This document shows, piece by piece, positions 22,651 through 36,697 of a DNA stretch of 64,000 bases. The stretch comes from Chara braunii (Eukaryota > Plantae > Charophyceae), in contig BFEA01000039.1 of assembly GCA_003427395.1 (NCBI GenBank), positions 230,895-294,894 on the forward strand, given 5' to 3'. The first letter of the stretch is position 1. Every line of letters begins with the position of its first letter. The notes under the pieces are model-generated. The model saw nothing but the letters and a program-made list of their open reading frames with translations. It had not been told where the DNA came from and did not search any database. The position numbers were made by a program, and so were the translations under genes.

Positions 22651-25139
22651 GCAGGCTCGGGCCGTGCACGAAAAAACCCACCTCGTGAGAAGTTCTTGCA
22701 GCCTTGCAAACCTGGTTGCAGGATGAAAACGAGGACTCGACGGGAGAAACGACGGTCCAACACTGGAGAGAGAAATTGAAATGACATTCAATGCAAAGTC
22801 CTCGAAGCTCTGTGGTCTCCCCACGCACTGTGGCAATTCTTTTCATCTTTTGCCTGGCTCACGCCAACGACGTCTGAAAGCTACACAATCCAACCGAAAG
22901 GGATCCGACCTGATTTCCCTTCAAAATCCGTAGACACCGGTTCTCTCCAACATTACTTTCCTTGTTCACGTAATGCTTGGGAGCAGTCGTCATTCAGTTC
23001 GTCACAACGAGGTTTGGCACCAGATCAGCAGAGTTTGCTCCTGATCGGCAGGAGCTGTACAAACCCCAAATACATCTCCTCTGATAAACACTGTCCAAAC
23101 CTGGAAGTTCAGGACTTTGCCATTAAATTACATATATATATCGTCACAATATACATATATATCATATATATATATATCGTCACAAACATATATGTCGTCA
23201 CAAACATATATGTATATATACGCAGCACCTATGGTAGCCGCCAGCTTCTCATCTGACGGCCGCATGCAAGAAAAGAACAGAGGCTTCATTATGTACAGCA
23301 ACAACATCACGACGATTACGACGATTACCATCTTGGCTCACTATGACCTGTGCCGAGTACTGATCGACGGTCGGCTGGATCGATCAAATGGGAAATGTGC
23401 ACGAGACTCCCTGACGTCCTAGGCGACAGTGGCCAACCAAGATGATTCTAATTGCTTACGCAACTGTTTCAATTTACTTTTCATCAGAGCGACGACACCT
23501 GAAAAAGCAGAGAGAGAAATCGGACAAAAGCAGATGGTACCTGGGAGTCAGATTCCAAAGGCTGTCGCCTGAGCGAGCAAAAATAGCCTCCTCTCCACAC
23601 CGACCCCCGGCATTCCACCCATTTCACACAAGGTGCATCACCCATTTCACACAAGGTACATCACACAATAGATATTGCCACCGGTTTCCAGAAAGAGGCT
23701 CAGACTTGCAGCATCTCAAGTGCATGTGGCCACTGTGCAGTACTTTGTGCCTATAGGCTCGCATCCTAGTGTGGAGATGTTCCCACAACCTGTCTGATAT
23801 GATGCTCTGAAAAAACATGCATGCAAAGTCTCAGAACCAGAAGCCAAGTCATCCAGCGTGGACGATGCATCTTGCAATGCAAAAGAACACACGGGAACAG
23901 CACTCACCAATCCAACTCCACTCCGCAATGCACCCCTCTTAATTGATGAGGCAATAATCTCTCATCACCCCTTTGGGGTTCGTCGTTTCCAAGTACGAGC
24001 CATACATATATCGCCAGCTCTCGTGACGTCAGCAAAGACTCTCAAACTCCAACCGCAAAAATGGACCAAAAATAGACATGCTAGTATGATGCTACATCGG
24101 AAAAACTCTCGAGTCGAGTCTCTTGGCATCTAGTGGAAGAAAACAAGTAGTCCTTTGTGAAGAGAAGGCAACAGCTGTACAATCCTAGCATCAGAAATGA
24201 ACCGAGAACCGATGTTTACTTCTGATTCTGATCAAACCGATGGGCGCTGAGCCAAAACAAGCAAGGCACATGCGTAGAGTTCCAGCAAAAGACAAATCTG
24301 AAGACAGAATAGAATTCTCGAACAGTAGACGCAACTGCATACGAGTCGTACCAACCCCCACAACATACTTCACATCCTCAGCGGACTCATAACCCTCCTG
24401 CCAGTTCGACCCTATGTTGCATGGAGCAGAACTGCTAGAACGCAAGTTACAAATAAAGTATTTAAGTATTTACTGCAATTCATATGGAACACACAGCCCA
24501 TGCAAGCCACTTGCTACTTCTGATGATATGCCTATTTCTGCTTTCATCTCCCAAGGTGCTACCTCCCTGACGACAAGGAAGACTGACGGTAACACGTGCG
24601 AAACCCTAACGCATGCAGTGTGCACACATTGACTGACGACAAGGAAGACTAACACTACCAATTCGCTGGTTCCCAATACGAACAAAATAAAAAGACGATA
24701 TTAGGGGGTCCTTCGGCGAGACGGAAGGAAGCGTGAGGGTGTCCTATGATGTAATTATTTTTCCTGGAAAAAAAAAAGAAAAAAAAAAAAAACAGACCAT
24801 ATTGGATGACATCCACGAGACCTGGATTGCGGAAGTTTCGTAGCTTTAATGAAGTTTAGTCCAACAAGTCTGTAAGAAGTTAAGATTCTTAAGAATCCTT
24901 TTATATACCTTTATCTGTTGCTGTATACAATTAACAAAAGTGGAACCCAGAGGCATGCCCAAACTCCATGCCTACTCCACGGCAACCATAGGATCGACAA
25001 CAGGGATGGCGTGAGTAATGACCAACCACATAGCTGGGCATAAAAAGAAAGCTGGTGCCTGCTACTACACCGTCCTCTAAAGGAAAAAACAAGGAGACAG
25101 TGACGCCCATCCCTAAAAACATAGTACGGAAGGGCACCG

Positions 25140-25171
<32 letters not shown>

Positions 25172-26020
25172 CTTCATCGCAAAATAATAATATATTGCGT
25201 GCTTTCTGGAAACATAACGAAGCTATCACTAACTGCGGTGCCAACCGGCCACAGACAGCCGGCCCGGAAAGAAAAGCCACCTGCTAAACGCCATCGCTAA
25301 ATGATGTACGAGGATATCACCTTCTCGGCTCGCTTATCGCAAAAAACATGGGAGTTTCCAGAAAGGACCAGAGTCCAAATCTTACAAAATAAAAGAGTTT
25401 ACTGATCGCGTACTGCCGGTACAACTAATAAGTTCAATTAACCCTCTGCACAGATGTGGACAGGCAAGGACACTCCCCCTCCCCTCCCCTCCCCCTCCAT
25501 GGACAGGCAAGGCAAGAGCGAACGGCAGACACAGACAGAAATGAGCCCCCTACATAATGCACCATTGCAATGATGTCAACAGTAGAGCCAGAAATACACC
25601 CGCCAACCTGCACAGATGAACCTTCAGCCAAAACATGCAGCTTTGACGGCGTACTACACTCATGTCACCGCGGCGGCACAACGTTCATAATTAGCAAACG
25701 GACACAGCCGTATGACTGGATTACCCTCAGCGCGATCAAACGAAATTAGTTCATTGAATCCATTCACTGATTCATTTTTAACATAGCCACACACTGAACA
25801 AAGTGTGCTGGGTTGAGCCCTACCCCCACCCACCCCTCACAAGAATTCGAGCCTCTCTCTTCTGAGGAGAAGATGCACACTATCCGTAGACCGCAGCTGG
25901 TTGTCAAACCAAAACTCTGTGGACAAGACACAAACACACAGGTTACATGTGTGTTACTCCGATGAGCGACCAGCGATATTTTTTGCACTATTAATAATAA
26001 TCAACATCCCACCCACATAG

Positions 26021-26058
26021 CTGTCTCTTATACACATCTAGATGTGTATAAGAGACAG
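26021..26058. other. Nextera mate-pair junction adapter (assembly artefact)
   Basis: Exact CTGTCTCTTATACACATCT+AGATGTGTATAAGAGACAG, with a ~30-bp flank duplicated on either side. Confidence 0.98.
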
Positions 26059-29000
26059 CTATTAATAATAATCAACATCCCACCCACACGACATGCTGTA
26101 TGTAGTTATCCAGCCAGCCAGACTGTTCTTACACACGTACGTGTAATAAAAAATATAAGCCATGCAAAGATAGGTCCATTGACTCCATTCCGTTATGCGT
26201 TGTGTGACCGAATGTGTCCACCCCACCCTCACGTACTACTGCTACCATCCTCCCACGTCTCCGAACGGGAGCACAAGTGGGATCATTAGATGCACTCACG
26301 GGTGACAGGCAGACAAACACTCAATGACGCTCGCACATAGACGCAGGGACTCGTGCATGCAAACACAGTACCAAACAAAACCAACATTGAAATCTGGACT
26401 GCACCAGGATCATAATCGCATAATCGCATTGTTATCCATCGGTTGAGCTTCCCCTTCCCGAGATCCCTACCTTCTTACTAAAACCGTAACGTCAAAGTTG
26501 ACAAGGACAAAGGCAGGCAACACGGACAACAACTCCACGGTTGTGGTTCGCCTACAGTGGGCGGCAGAATAGCCGTGAAGATTACCGCAGACTCTGTGCA
26601 GACTCATTACCCATGAGCAGAGATAGACACGGGCAAAGCAACGGCGCTCCACACGTAATCGATCTCCGGAATCCGTTAACAGTCACTACTCTGAAGAGGA
26701 ATGCGTGTCATCCGATGTCCTCGATAGCCCGACGATCTGGAACACTCGCGACTAGGGAGGTTGGCCTGGCAAGAACTTCAAAATGATGATATCTCTTTAA
26801 AAAAAGCAAGCAGATGTACGTCGCGGCTGCGCACGCGGCACACAGATGCTCCTACTCGCACGCCTGCTTCAGGTACAACTCCGCCCTTGGCACTGTCATG
26901 GCGCCATGTGGGCCAGGCAACTGGAGCACAGGACAGGGTGACACAGCAGGGGTTTCGACTTGGTTTCCAGTACGCACCTTTTCCTGCCATGCCCTGCCAT
27001 CCGAACATCTTACGGCAGCAGTGAGGCCACATTAAAACTTACTCGGCAGAAAGACTACACGTCCGCTACTAGCAAGACCTGGGCCGTGCAGGAAAGACCC
27101 CACTTCCCCCCAATCTCCCCCCCTCGAAAAGAAGAATAACAAAGCGAACCAACAGGCAGCCCAAGTTTGAATCCAGATTTTATCAAATTTATTAATAATT
27201 CTGAATCAGCTGGGGCAAGTCAGTCGTCTGATCAAATTTATTAATTCTGAATCAGCTGGGGCAAGTCAGTTGTATGATCAAATTTATTAATTCTGATTCA
27301 GCAGGGGCCAACTCCCACTAGTAGCAGCGTCGAGTTTCCTACGAGCCTGAATCTGGACCATGTTTGTGTAGATGTGCAGAAATCATGCTGGATGTCCACA
27401 ACCGCACATCTCCGCAAATACATAGAGATCCAGGCATTGAGGAAATTCAATGCTGCTAGTGAGACTTGGCCCCAGGTCACTGCCCTTTCCAAAAAAAAAA
27501 AGAATAAAAGAAAAGAAACATCCAAGAGCGCGAATCACGCTATTCCGCCTAGATCTGGACACATCGGCCCGAAATCATGTCCAGAGACAAGTCAAAAATG
27601 TCCCAGTGTGAGTATGCCCTGACGTCCCGGCATTCACGACATGCACAAAAGACAAGTTATGGCCGTGCATCATTCCAGGTTCTCTACCAGAAAATTCATC
27701 CTCACGTGCAACTGCTATGCACTTATGTTTGGCGCGTGGCCTCTCAGGTCATATACTTACACCAGTGCCTTGGATGTATACGGCGACAACCACCACCAAT
27801 AGCGATTTCCCTTTTCTGATCCGACATCGGCTTCTGCTTCGTCCCGTGCGTCCGCTATGTACTTGCATTCGAACATTGCCCAACACATATGGCGGCTGAC
27901 CTAGCCTGGCGCCACAGGGCGCTTTCAAACTCTGCAAAACCTGATCGGATTCGCAAGCTTACTACAACGTGCGCCCTTGGAGGCGCACGGGAAACGACCA
28001 GATGAATCCTGTGTAATAGCGAGTCCTCTATAGTCACTCTCCACCGGTTACTTCCTAGCCTGTGCATACGTCTACTCATCTGCGGCCCTCCAGACATCAA
28101 ACAGCCTACTGAACACTGAGGACTAGAGTGCCAAAATTGATTAACGCCTTACCCCTGACATCAGTGTGGCAACAGAAATGCTTTGCTCCCAAAAGACAAC
28201 AGATAGAAACTCGTTACGACTTACAAAGTTGATAGAATCCCATAAAAGACAGAAGACAGTTAATAGATCCCATAAAAGACAGAAGACAGTGAAGTGACCT
28301 GTCTAACAACAGTCGTTAGCCAGCAGTAGTTACGACCGCTCCATGCCCGACATGTTTTGCCGTAGCACTGAAGTGCCACATACGCATTGTGCACGGTACG
28401 GTAATTCCCACAGACGGTGAGTTGGTAGGTAACCAGATACGGCAGGAGGTTAAGGACAGATATGGCAGGAGGTTAAGGAAAGACAAAGATTATTACGACA
28501 AGCAGAGCAGCATCGGACAAAGGAGAAGGAGCAGCGATGATGCATGAACTAGACGAAGATGATCGAAGATGAGGAAGATGTTGAAATGAGGAATGCGGGT
28601 CAAAACAAGGCGCCCCATCATCCATGTTGAAGATGGATTTCAAAACAGCAGACAGCAATGTGTGCAGATACGCTGGGGTGGTGTGGCCAGACAGAAACTT
28701 GGCGCCATCCATGGATGGGATTGTTAGGTACCTTGCATGACTTGCATGGTTGAATTGAGCAGAGACACATCAGGGGACTCCTGCTCCTGCGTCCACGGTC
28801 CCACTCTCTATAGATTCCAAAGCCGGAGATCCCTCAGGGTGGGCTTGATCACGTATAGGATAGTGCCTCCTTATAGACTGTGCCTGCTTTAAGGGAATGA
28901 TTGCAGCGGGGAACACACTGCGTACCCGGGAAGAAAAGAAGCGAAGCACATGTGAAACACAGAGAACAAAGCACAGAAAGGTATACCCCGAGCATAGAAA

Positions 29001-29121
29001 GGCTCCATAGCAGACATGGTCATCATGATCGAGCAGCAGGTGCAAGCAACACAGCAGGAGAAAGCACAGACAGGGATACCCCGAGCATTGACAGGCTCCA
29101 CAGAATACATCGCGCCACACA

Positions 29122-29184
<63 letters not shown>

Positions 29185-29695
29185 AGAGCAGACACAAAAC
29201 AACAGGAGACACCAGGGGTATGGTCAGGTACTCCGTAAATGGTATCGAGTAATTAACAACTAAAAATAGCAAGGCATCTCTCAACCTTTGTACAAATAAG
29301 TTCAACTAAAAACTGCCAGCTGCTCTGTATGTGGAGGCCAACCTGCCGCACATGTGGCATTGATCATATGCAGAAATCATGCCAATATCATATCGACTAA
29401 GGCATAGAAGACGGGAGAACAGTGAAGGAGAGAAGGTGTGCAGAAGGGGAGCTACTACAACAACAGCGCAGGTGGACAACCAGCAAAAAGCAGACTACAT
29501 CTTCCAAAACATCCATACACAATCCACTGGAGTATCCGATGGAAACCGGACTAACACGACCAGGGTATCCGACGTTCGCTAACCCCTCCAGTACCGAGCA
29601 CGGACTACTCCAACTTCCAGCATGAGTACACATGGTCTTCATAGCATTGGGCATCACAACCACAGAATTGATAACCCACACGATAGATATATGAC

Positions 29696-31456
29696 CTACA
29701 CATCGACTACACCCAACGCATCTGACAGATCAAAGTCTGCAGCCAAAGTTCCAGAATGGCACTGCGGTCCAAGTAAACCACTGGAGAAGCGAACTGGCGA
29801 AGTACCTAGAAAGTCGCCACCGCGTTCCAAGTATTCACCCGAAACGACATATCCGAATGAATACCTCTTATACCTAAAATACCCAAGACATCAAAGATGC
29901 ACTTTCTATGGGATCTGAAAACCAGCATCGCCCCAACCTTGCTCATAGCCTCATAGTCAATTTCCATAAGCTTAAGGGAAAAAGAGCGTGACAACAACCA
30001 CAAATCTGACCACATTCAGATTTGCCATTACTTCATAAGTACTTCCCCTCTGCACTGGCAAAAAAATACCGGTGCACGGCAAGGAATGACTTGCTTAAGA
30101 CCTCTTCCTCACCTGAACTCCGTGGTATTGACAACTGATAACCAAACACTGCATCACACCTCCAGCAGCACTCAGCCGTTTTTCCTACTTTTCCTCTATC
30201 GACAAAAAGCACTCAATTTCCTCTCTATCAACAAAAAGCGCTCAATTTCCTCTCTATCGCCAAAAAGCACTCAATTTCCTATCTATTGACAAAAAGCACT
30301 CAATTTCCTATCTGTCGACAAAAAACACTCAATTTCCTATCTATCGACAAAAAAACACTCAATTTCCTATCTATCGACAAAAAAACACTCAGTTCCCTTA
30401 ATTTCCCTATCTATCGACAAAAAGCACTATTTCCTGTCTATCGACAAAAAAGCACTCTATTTCCTATCTATCGACAAAAAGCACTCGCTCAACATTTAGG
30501 CTGCTCAACTACACAGGAACCCAGAACACGGATTGCAAAATCCTCTATTCAATTCAAATTCTGTTTGGGGAGTCGACTCGAGACATTCACCTCAATAACT
30601 AATTTGGGGATTCGACTTGGGACATTCACCCCAGTACAACCCGAACAATCTGTGTTTCGCCACATCAGGGCATGAAAAAAAGCGTGCCAGACTCGTCATA
30701 AAGCAGCAGGCACAGACTAGTGTATTACAAACACAATTGGTCACTGCGACTGCTGATGAGCACCACGCAGACAACACGATCTTTGATACCGTCCATAATG
30801 TAGCCTTATCATAGACCACCCCCTGCACCAGAGAAGATTGGCCCACGGTCTCTAATACAGATGTCGGCGCACGAAAACGGTAGATACCATCCTGACGGGC
30901 AGAAGAGGTCGGCGGACTGGGGCACACAGAGTACCACTCGCAAATTCGTGGAGTGCAAGGACAGACCGAGCGGCTCGGTGGTTAAAAATTTACAAAAAAA
31001 AGGAGAAAGGACGTTTAAAATTTCCCCTCCAAAATAACCTTCCTTGCACACTTGGCAGTGCGCATGAGAAAATCTCGGGTCCATCTTCACCATGTAAGAA
31101 GTCCAGATTGCCTCTGAACCTGAGTTTGAAAATTAACTTCAACCTCGGTGTTTAACCTCCGTGTTTTAATCACAGGCTGACTACCTACCTATTTTCGACT
31201 CCGTAAGGGAGAAACCAACCACGAATTTACCATCAGGCACATCTACCTGTAGCGAGGGAGGCTGAAGCCACACAGTCGCACTACGCAAAACCAGCTCTAT
31301 CATTCCACAGGAAACAGCTGTGGGAACTCCACAAGGTATCACTCGCAGGAGAGATGGTTTGCCTGATGTTGACAATTCCTCAGCATTTGCTTCTGCTGCA
31401 CAGGAGATGACTACAGAGCTCTCACGCATTGTGCGTCCTATTCTGGAGATGACATT

Positions 31457-31504
<48 letters not shown>

Positions 31505-32508
31505 AAAGGAAAGAAAAGAAACCTCTAATTCAGATCTCTTTTTTTCCCAGTTCTCATTCATTCGACGAGTTCCATCGGGATTCGTCCTTCAGAATATCCG
31601 TTAAAATTGGAACGATACAGAAAAGATCAGCATGACCCCTGCAAAAGGACAACACATTAATCGAGAAATGGTCCAGATCATAGATAACATAGAGAAAATA
31701 AATAAAGCTCCACCAGTTCAGATCAGATGGCTATCGAGCGCTTTTATTCCTGTTTGCATTGGTTCCTGCGAGCGAGCCTCCAGAGGTTTGGCAAGAGGTC
31801 TTCTTCAGCTCGCATAGTGAAAAATTAGCGCAAATTGACACAAACCGCCAAAGCAAACAGCGAGGTTATCTCAAGTGCAGTCATTACCCCACACAAAAAC
31901 AGAGGGTGGGTAGGTGTGTCAGGCTGCCTGTTATTTCCATTCCACACAAGGCATCGGTGAAACTGACATCAGGAAATGATTCTGGAAAAGACACCCATTT
32001 ATCCAGCAAAGGGTAAACGGGTGCCGTGGAGGCACGTTGCCCTCCGACACAAAGCATTTCAAAGACTAGACTTGCAGCATGGTACCTTCTAAGGGAGATA
32101 TAGTCCATGCACCATCGACAGCAGTTGCCATCATCATCTTGAGTTGGAGCATCCGGCGACGAATGACTCTCGCTTGCTTGCTCTATGTCTGTCATCCACA
32201 CACAAGAACACAATGAAAACGAAGGAAAACCAAAACACCGGCACTTCCTGATGGAACCTTTTCGTGACATGCACAAAGGCTGTACATCTCCATTGTCCAT
32301 TTCATCTTGGAAAAAGCAGCCCAATTTCATGCTATTGACCGGACACACGAAAAGACTCCAAAGTCAGAAGAACTGAAGACAATAGCAACCTAACATCGAG
32401 TCTTCTTCGGGTTCGGACCAATGCAGGGAGTAAGCGGACACAGGTTCAATGAATGAAGAAGCCACAGTCGCATTCCACATTAACAAGCATTGTAACACGG
32501 CCTTGACA

Positions 32509-32573
<65 letters not shown>

Positions 32574-32835
32574 CATCACACACACCCTGATGATGCTTGG
32601 ACGAAAAGAGTCTGTGGTACGTAGACCTCCTCAGCTGGAAGCGCCCATCAGCCGTTTAATAATAGATATCAGGAGACTTAGGGAAGGTAGAGAGCACTTT
32701 CAAAGGTCAACAACAACCTGCGAAGAACCATTTCCCTCAAATCCCTACTGGCAAACATGACGCCTCTCTGAAGAGCTTTCTTCATTGTCCCCATCCTAAT
32801 AACCCATCGCAACAGAGGGATCTTTCCATCCACAC
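29696..32835 (-). CDS. Candidate second spliced gene, unknown protein. Best exons are 31189-31246 and 31039-31119; others are tentative at ~32718-32834, ~32380-32480, ~30750-30891 and ~29696-29874
   Basis: Exons 31189-31246 (VDVPDGKFVVGFSLTESKI-G) and 31039-31119 (SEAIWTSYMVKMDPRFSHAHCQVCKE) have AG/GT ends and join in phase across a 69-nt intron. The other segments read like protein but could not all be joined in phase. Confidence 0.3.
30187..30487. repeat. ~29-bp minisatellite, about 10 units
   Basis: CTATCGACAAAAAGCACTCAATTTCCTAT units. Confidence 0.93.
31584..31678 (+). pseudogene. U6: U6 snRNA pseudogene (plant type)
   Basis: ATCCGTTAAAATTGGAACGATACAGAAAAGATCAGCATGACCCCTGC...ATCGAGAAATGGTCCA. 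The ACAGAGA box is mutated to ACAGAAA, and no USE/TATA promoter or oligo-T terminator is evident. Confidence 0.9.
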
Positions 32836-32921
32836 TGCAAAGACCCTTTACAAAAAGACGCATTCAGTCCATCAACAGTCGTATGGACAGGCATCAACTC
32901 GTGACATTACCCATCCGCACA

Positions 32922-33163
32922 AGACGTTGGCCTACCCGGTCACAAATCCAATACAGGCACCCAGTCTTGTTGGTATCTAAACTCCTTAACCGTCTCTATC
33001 ACCTAATCAACCCACCTTCAACCCTGCAAACCGGATAGGGCAGACGTTGGCCTACCCGGTCACAAATCCAATACAGGCACCCAGTCTTGTTGGTATCTAA
33101 ACTCCTTAACCGTCTCTATCACCTAATCAACCCACCTTCAACCCTGCAAACCGGATAGGGCAG
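32922..33163. repeat. Perfect 120-bp tandem duplication
   Basis: Two identical units; very recent or an assembly artefact. Confidence 0.9.
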
Positions 33164-34838
33164 GCATGCCAATCAGTACGTTCAGTCTTTTTGGTTTCAA
33201 CCGCTCTCCACATGTTCCTGTACGAGGGGCACAAAATCGATTCGCTAACCCCCTTTGTCTGCCTCCCGCTTTTCCAACAATCCTACCCTCTCCCCTGGCT
33301 CTTGCAGCACCTGCCTAGCTTCCACCGTAGAACGATAGTCTGTCCACCACCACCGCCCATGCAGTTGAAGGATCGGGCCATACTGTATGGGCCCGTTCGT
33401 CACAGTTCACTGAAACTGCCCTTGTGTCTCAGTTGCGTCGTTGGCAATAGCTATTGTCAGAAGATACATCATAATATCCTGTCTCTCCCATGCCACTATG
33501 AACAATCATGGTTCCACTCAGCAGGAACAGTCGTCTATGTCACGACCGCTAAAGCCTTTGAACAGCAAGATGTAGAGATGTAGAGCATCCGAGTTTCCGC
33601 CAGATTGACAACCGTAAAAGAATGGAAATATCTTACAGAAGTTTAGCAGGAAAAAAAAGAAGAGGGAAGTCGGGGAACACACTGTATACACAAATGAAAG
33701 CTCACTCCCATGAGGATAACTCTGCAGTTTGGTGGTCCCCTCCACAGAGGGGAAGGTCCTCCAGCTCACCACTCTGGAGCTGCCAGATATGGGAACCCTC
33801 CTTTCGCTCTCCATCCCATCATCGTGGAACAAAGCGGCAGACAATGCAGAAATCCACTAAATAATGCTATATAGATCGTCACAGGAAAACAGTTTAGATC
33901 AAGGAAACAGAACAGCCACACGGTATCATGAGAAAAAAAATGACTAGACTCGGACCGAATCTCCGCCCCGTCGTTTTGTTCCACCATCTATCCAACCAGC
34001 CAAGAGAGAGAAAGTGAGACTTAGGAAATGGCCCCAAGGGTTTCGTCAAACGTCAAACCTAGCAAATGCAACCCCATGCCCAAGATTCAAGATGCCCTCT
34101 TGCACCTCCCATGCATAATATAACCAAAGAAAAAGGTCCCCATGGCTACTCGCATATTAGCACCAAGCAGGCGTAGTCAGCAGCAGTTCACTAGGAAAAG
34201 CAAACAGTTCCAGTACTAGAAATCATTCAACAGAACATCAGCTGCGGCCGAAGCTCTGACAATCATCAATGATATGATTCCCCAACTCGTTAGGTGCAGA
34301 TCGTTTCGATATGATCCAACCACTCTCATGCCACCCGTAAAGAGAATTATCAACAATGCCACACCTCCCAGTCAAGATGACACACATTCAGAGCAGGGAA
34401 AATTACGACGTCATTACAAGTGGGATGGGGACCAAACACAAGGGAGGCTCCCGGACCCTGTTCCCAGGAGTTCCGTACTGGCACTGGCGTTCACAGGAGA
34501 CCTGGCGCTCAGGCGTCATGAAAACGATCGCTGTGCTCGAGTCTCCCACAAGAGACTGGCAGGTTGTTCACACTTGACCCCAATACAAAGGACAAACTTC
34601 TTTGCAATGTATGTATACGCTCCGAATGAGCACCGCATCAGACCATATACGATGCAAGCTAAAGAGGGATATGGATGCCATCAGTCGCACAACATATCTA
34701 ATCGACTTCCCACTAACAATCCAACCACCATGCACAAGGCAAAAGAATACAGCCCCCTTGTCCGCCCCAAATGAACAAGGTCAATCCAGTTCCATGACCA
34801 CACCACTCCCACAATTCCCCTCCCCCCTTCCTAACCCC

Positions 34839-34881
<43 letters not shown>

Positions 34882-34955
34882 TCCCCAAATATATGTGGCA
34901 TTTACGTAAGAATAGGTATCTCACGCAGACTCGACCGCACAAGCGTAGTTCGGAT

Positions 34956-35099
34956 TTAACTTTTAGGGTCATGCAAGAAGCGCACAACAATGCAAGTGAT
35001 GTTGTCCGCACTCCCACGCTTATATGCCTCATCTGTCAGGCTCTTCGCCGCTTCCTCCGGCTTGTCTTTTGGAAACTTTTGCACCATCACCACAGCCTC
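34956..35099 (-). CDS. PP2C: PP2C last coding exon: [47 protein letters not shown]
   Basis: CAG acceptor; [12 protein letters not shown] motif; TAA stop. Confidence 0.93.
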   Translation of the reverse strand, partial: EAVVMVQKFPKDKPEEAAKSLTDEAYKRGSADNITCIVVRFLHDPKS

Positions 35100-35832
35100 C
35101 TGCAGACACAACAAACGCAACGGAAACGAACGAGTGAACAAATGCCATCACATCATTCACCTGAGACCAAAACATTCGTGGGATCTTCAAGCTGATACCC
35201 TCGCAATCATACGATTTTTCAACCTGATACCATCACAATAATACCCAGTGGCCTCTTTTTTCTATGCACTTCAGATCTTTAACGTAGCACTATAAACAAA
35301 CGGTGTAGGAACCGACCTGTTGCTTCAAAGTTCAAACGCAACAGTTATTTCCTTTTGTCTTTTTCTTTCTTTGTCATTTTCTTTTTCTGTTATTTTAGGT
35401 CTTTCGGAAAAACACGTCCTCACGGGCCTCGCTCAATATCCATCCTGGGGAACATCAGTCCACTTCTGCAAAAGCTTCCCGGCACTCCAGTTGGCACACA
35501 CAGGTTCTGCCTGCTCGATAAGTGCGAGAGAAATTCCAAACTTCGTTAAGCAACTCCTTGAATGAAGTCCTAGCATGGGGGATTTAGAACTGCGGCCCAA
35601 ACGTGCACAAACGAACAGTCCAGACCTGCCATGTTGTCTAAAACACCAACGATCCTCATCATCTATGTTGCACCCACGCGCTACGCGAAGTCCGTCTGGG
35701 ACCACACCAGAAGCATCCGGATCTCTTCCCTCCACAGCCCCCCCCCCCCCCCCCCCCAACGAGCACAAACGAACAGTCCAGACCTGCCATGTTGTCTAAA
35801 ACACCAACGATCCTCATCATCTATGTTGCACC

Positions 35833-35869
35833 CTGTCTCTTATACACATCTAGATGTGTATAAGAGACA
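35833..35869. other. Nextera mate-pair junction adapter at a gap edge (assembly artefact)
   Basis: Same palindromic adapter, directly before the N gap. Confidence 0.98.
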
Positions 35870-36697
35870 NNNNNNNNNNNNNNNNNNNNNNNNNNNNNNN
35901 NNNNNNNNNNNNNNNNNNNNNNNNNNNNNNNNNNNNNNNNNNNNNNNNNNNNNNNNNNNNNNNNNNNNNNNNNNNNNNNNNNNNNNNNNNNNNNNNNNNN
36001 NNNNNNNNNNNNNNNNNNNNNNNNNNNNNNNNNNNNNNNNNNNNNNNNNNNNNNNNNNNNNNNNNNNNNNNNNNNNNNNNNNNNNNNNNNNNNNNNNNNN
36101 NNNNNNNNNNNNNNNNNNNNNNNNNNNNNNNNNNNNNNNNNNNNNNNNNNNNNNNNNNNNNNNNNNNNNNNNNNNNNNNNNNNNNNNNNNNNNNNNNNNN
36201 NNNNNNNNNNNNNNNNNNNNNNNNNNNNNNNNNNNNNNNNNNNNNNNNNNNNNNNNNNNNNNNNNNNNNNNNNNNNNNNNNNNNNNNNNNNNNNNNNNNN
36301 NNNNNNNNNNNNNNNNNNNNNNNNNNNNNNNNNNNNNNNNNNNNNNNNNNNNNNNNNNNNNNNNNNNNNNNNNNNNNNNNNNNNNNNNNNNNNNNNNNNN
36401 NNNNNNNNNNNNNNNNNNNNNNNNNNNNNNNNNNNNNNNNNNNNNNNNNNNNNNNNNNNNNNNNNNNNNNNNNNNNNNNNNNNNNNNNNNNNNNNNNNNN
36501 NNNNNNNNNNNNNNNNNNNNNNNNNNNNNNNNNNNNNNNNNNNNNNNNNNNNNNNNNNNNNNNNNNNNNNNNNNNNNNNNNNNNNNNNNNNNNNNNNNNN
36601 NNNNNNNNNNNNNNNNNNNNNNNNNNNNNNNNNNNNNNNNNNNNNNNNNNNNNNNNNNNNNNNNNNNNNNNNNNNNNNNNNNNNNNNNNNNNNNNNN
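35870..36697. other. Scaffold gap (N run) inside the last PP2C intron; a smaller gap lies at 43613-43643
   Basis: Run of N. Confidence 1.

Noticed and set aside
26021-26058. Tn5 mosaic ends as a real transposon or horizontal transfer; VSYTHLDVYKRQ peptides
   Set aside because: Exact Nextera junction adapter.
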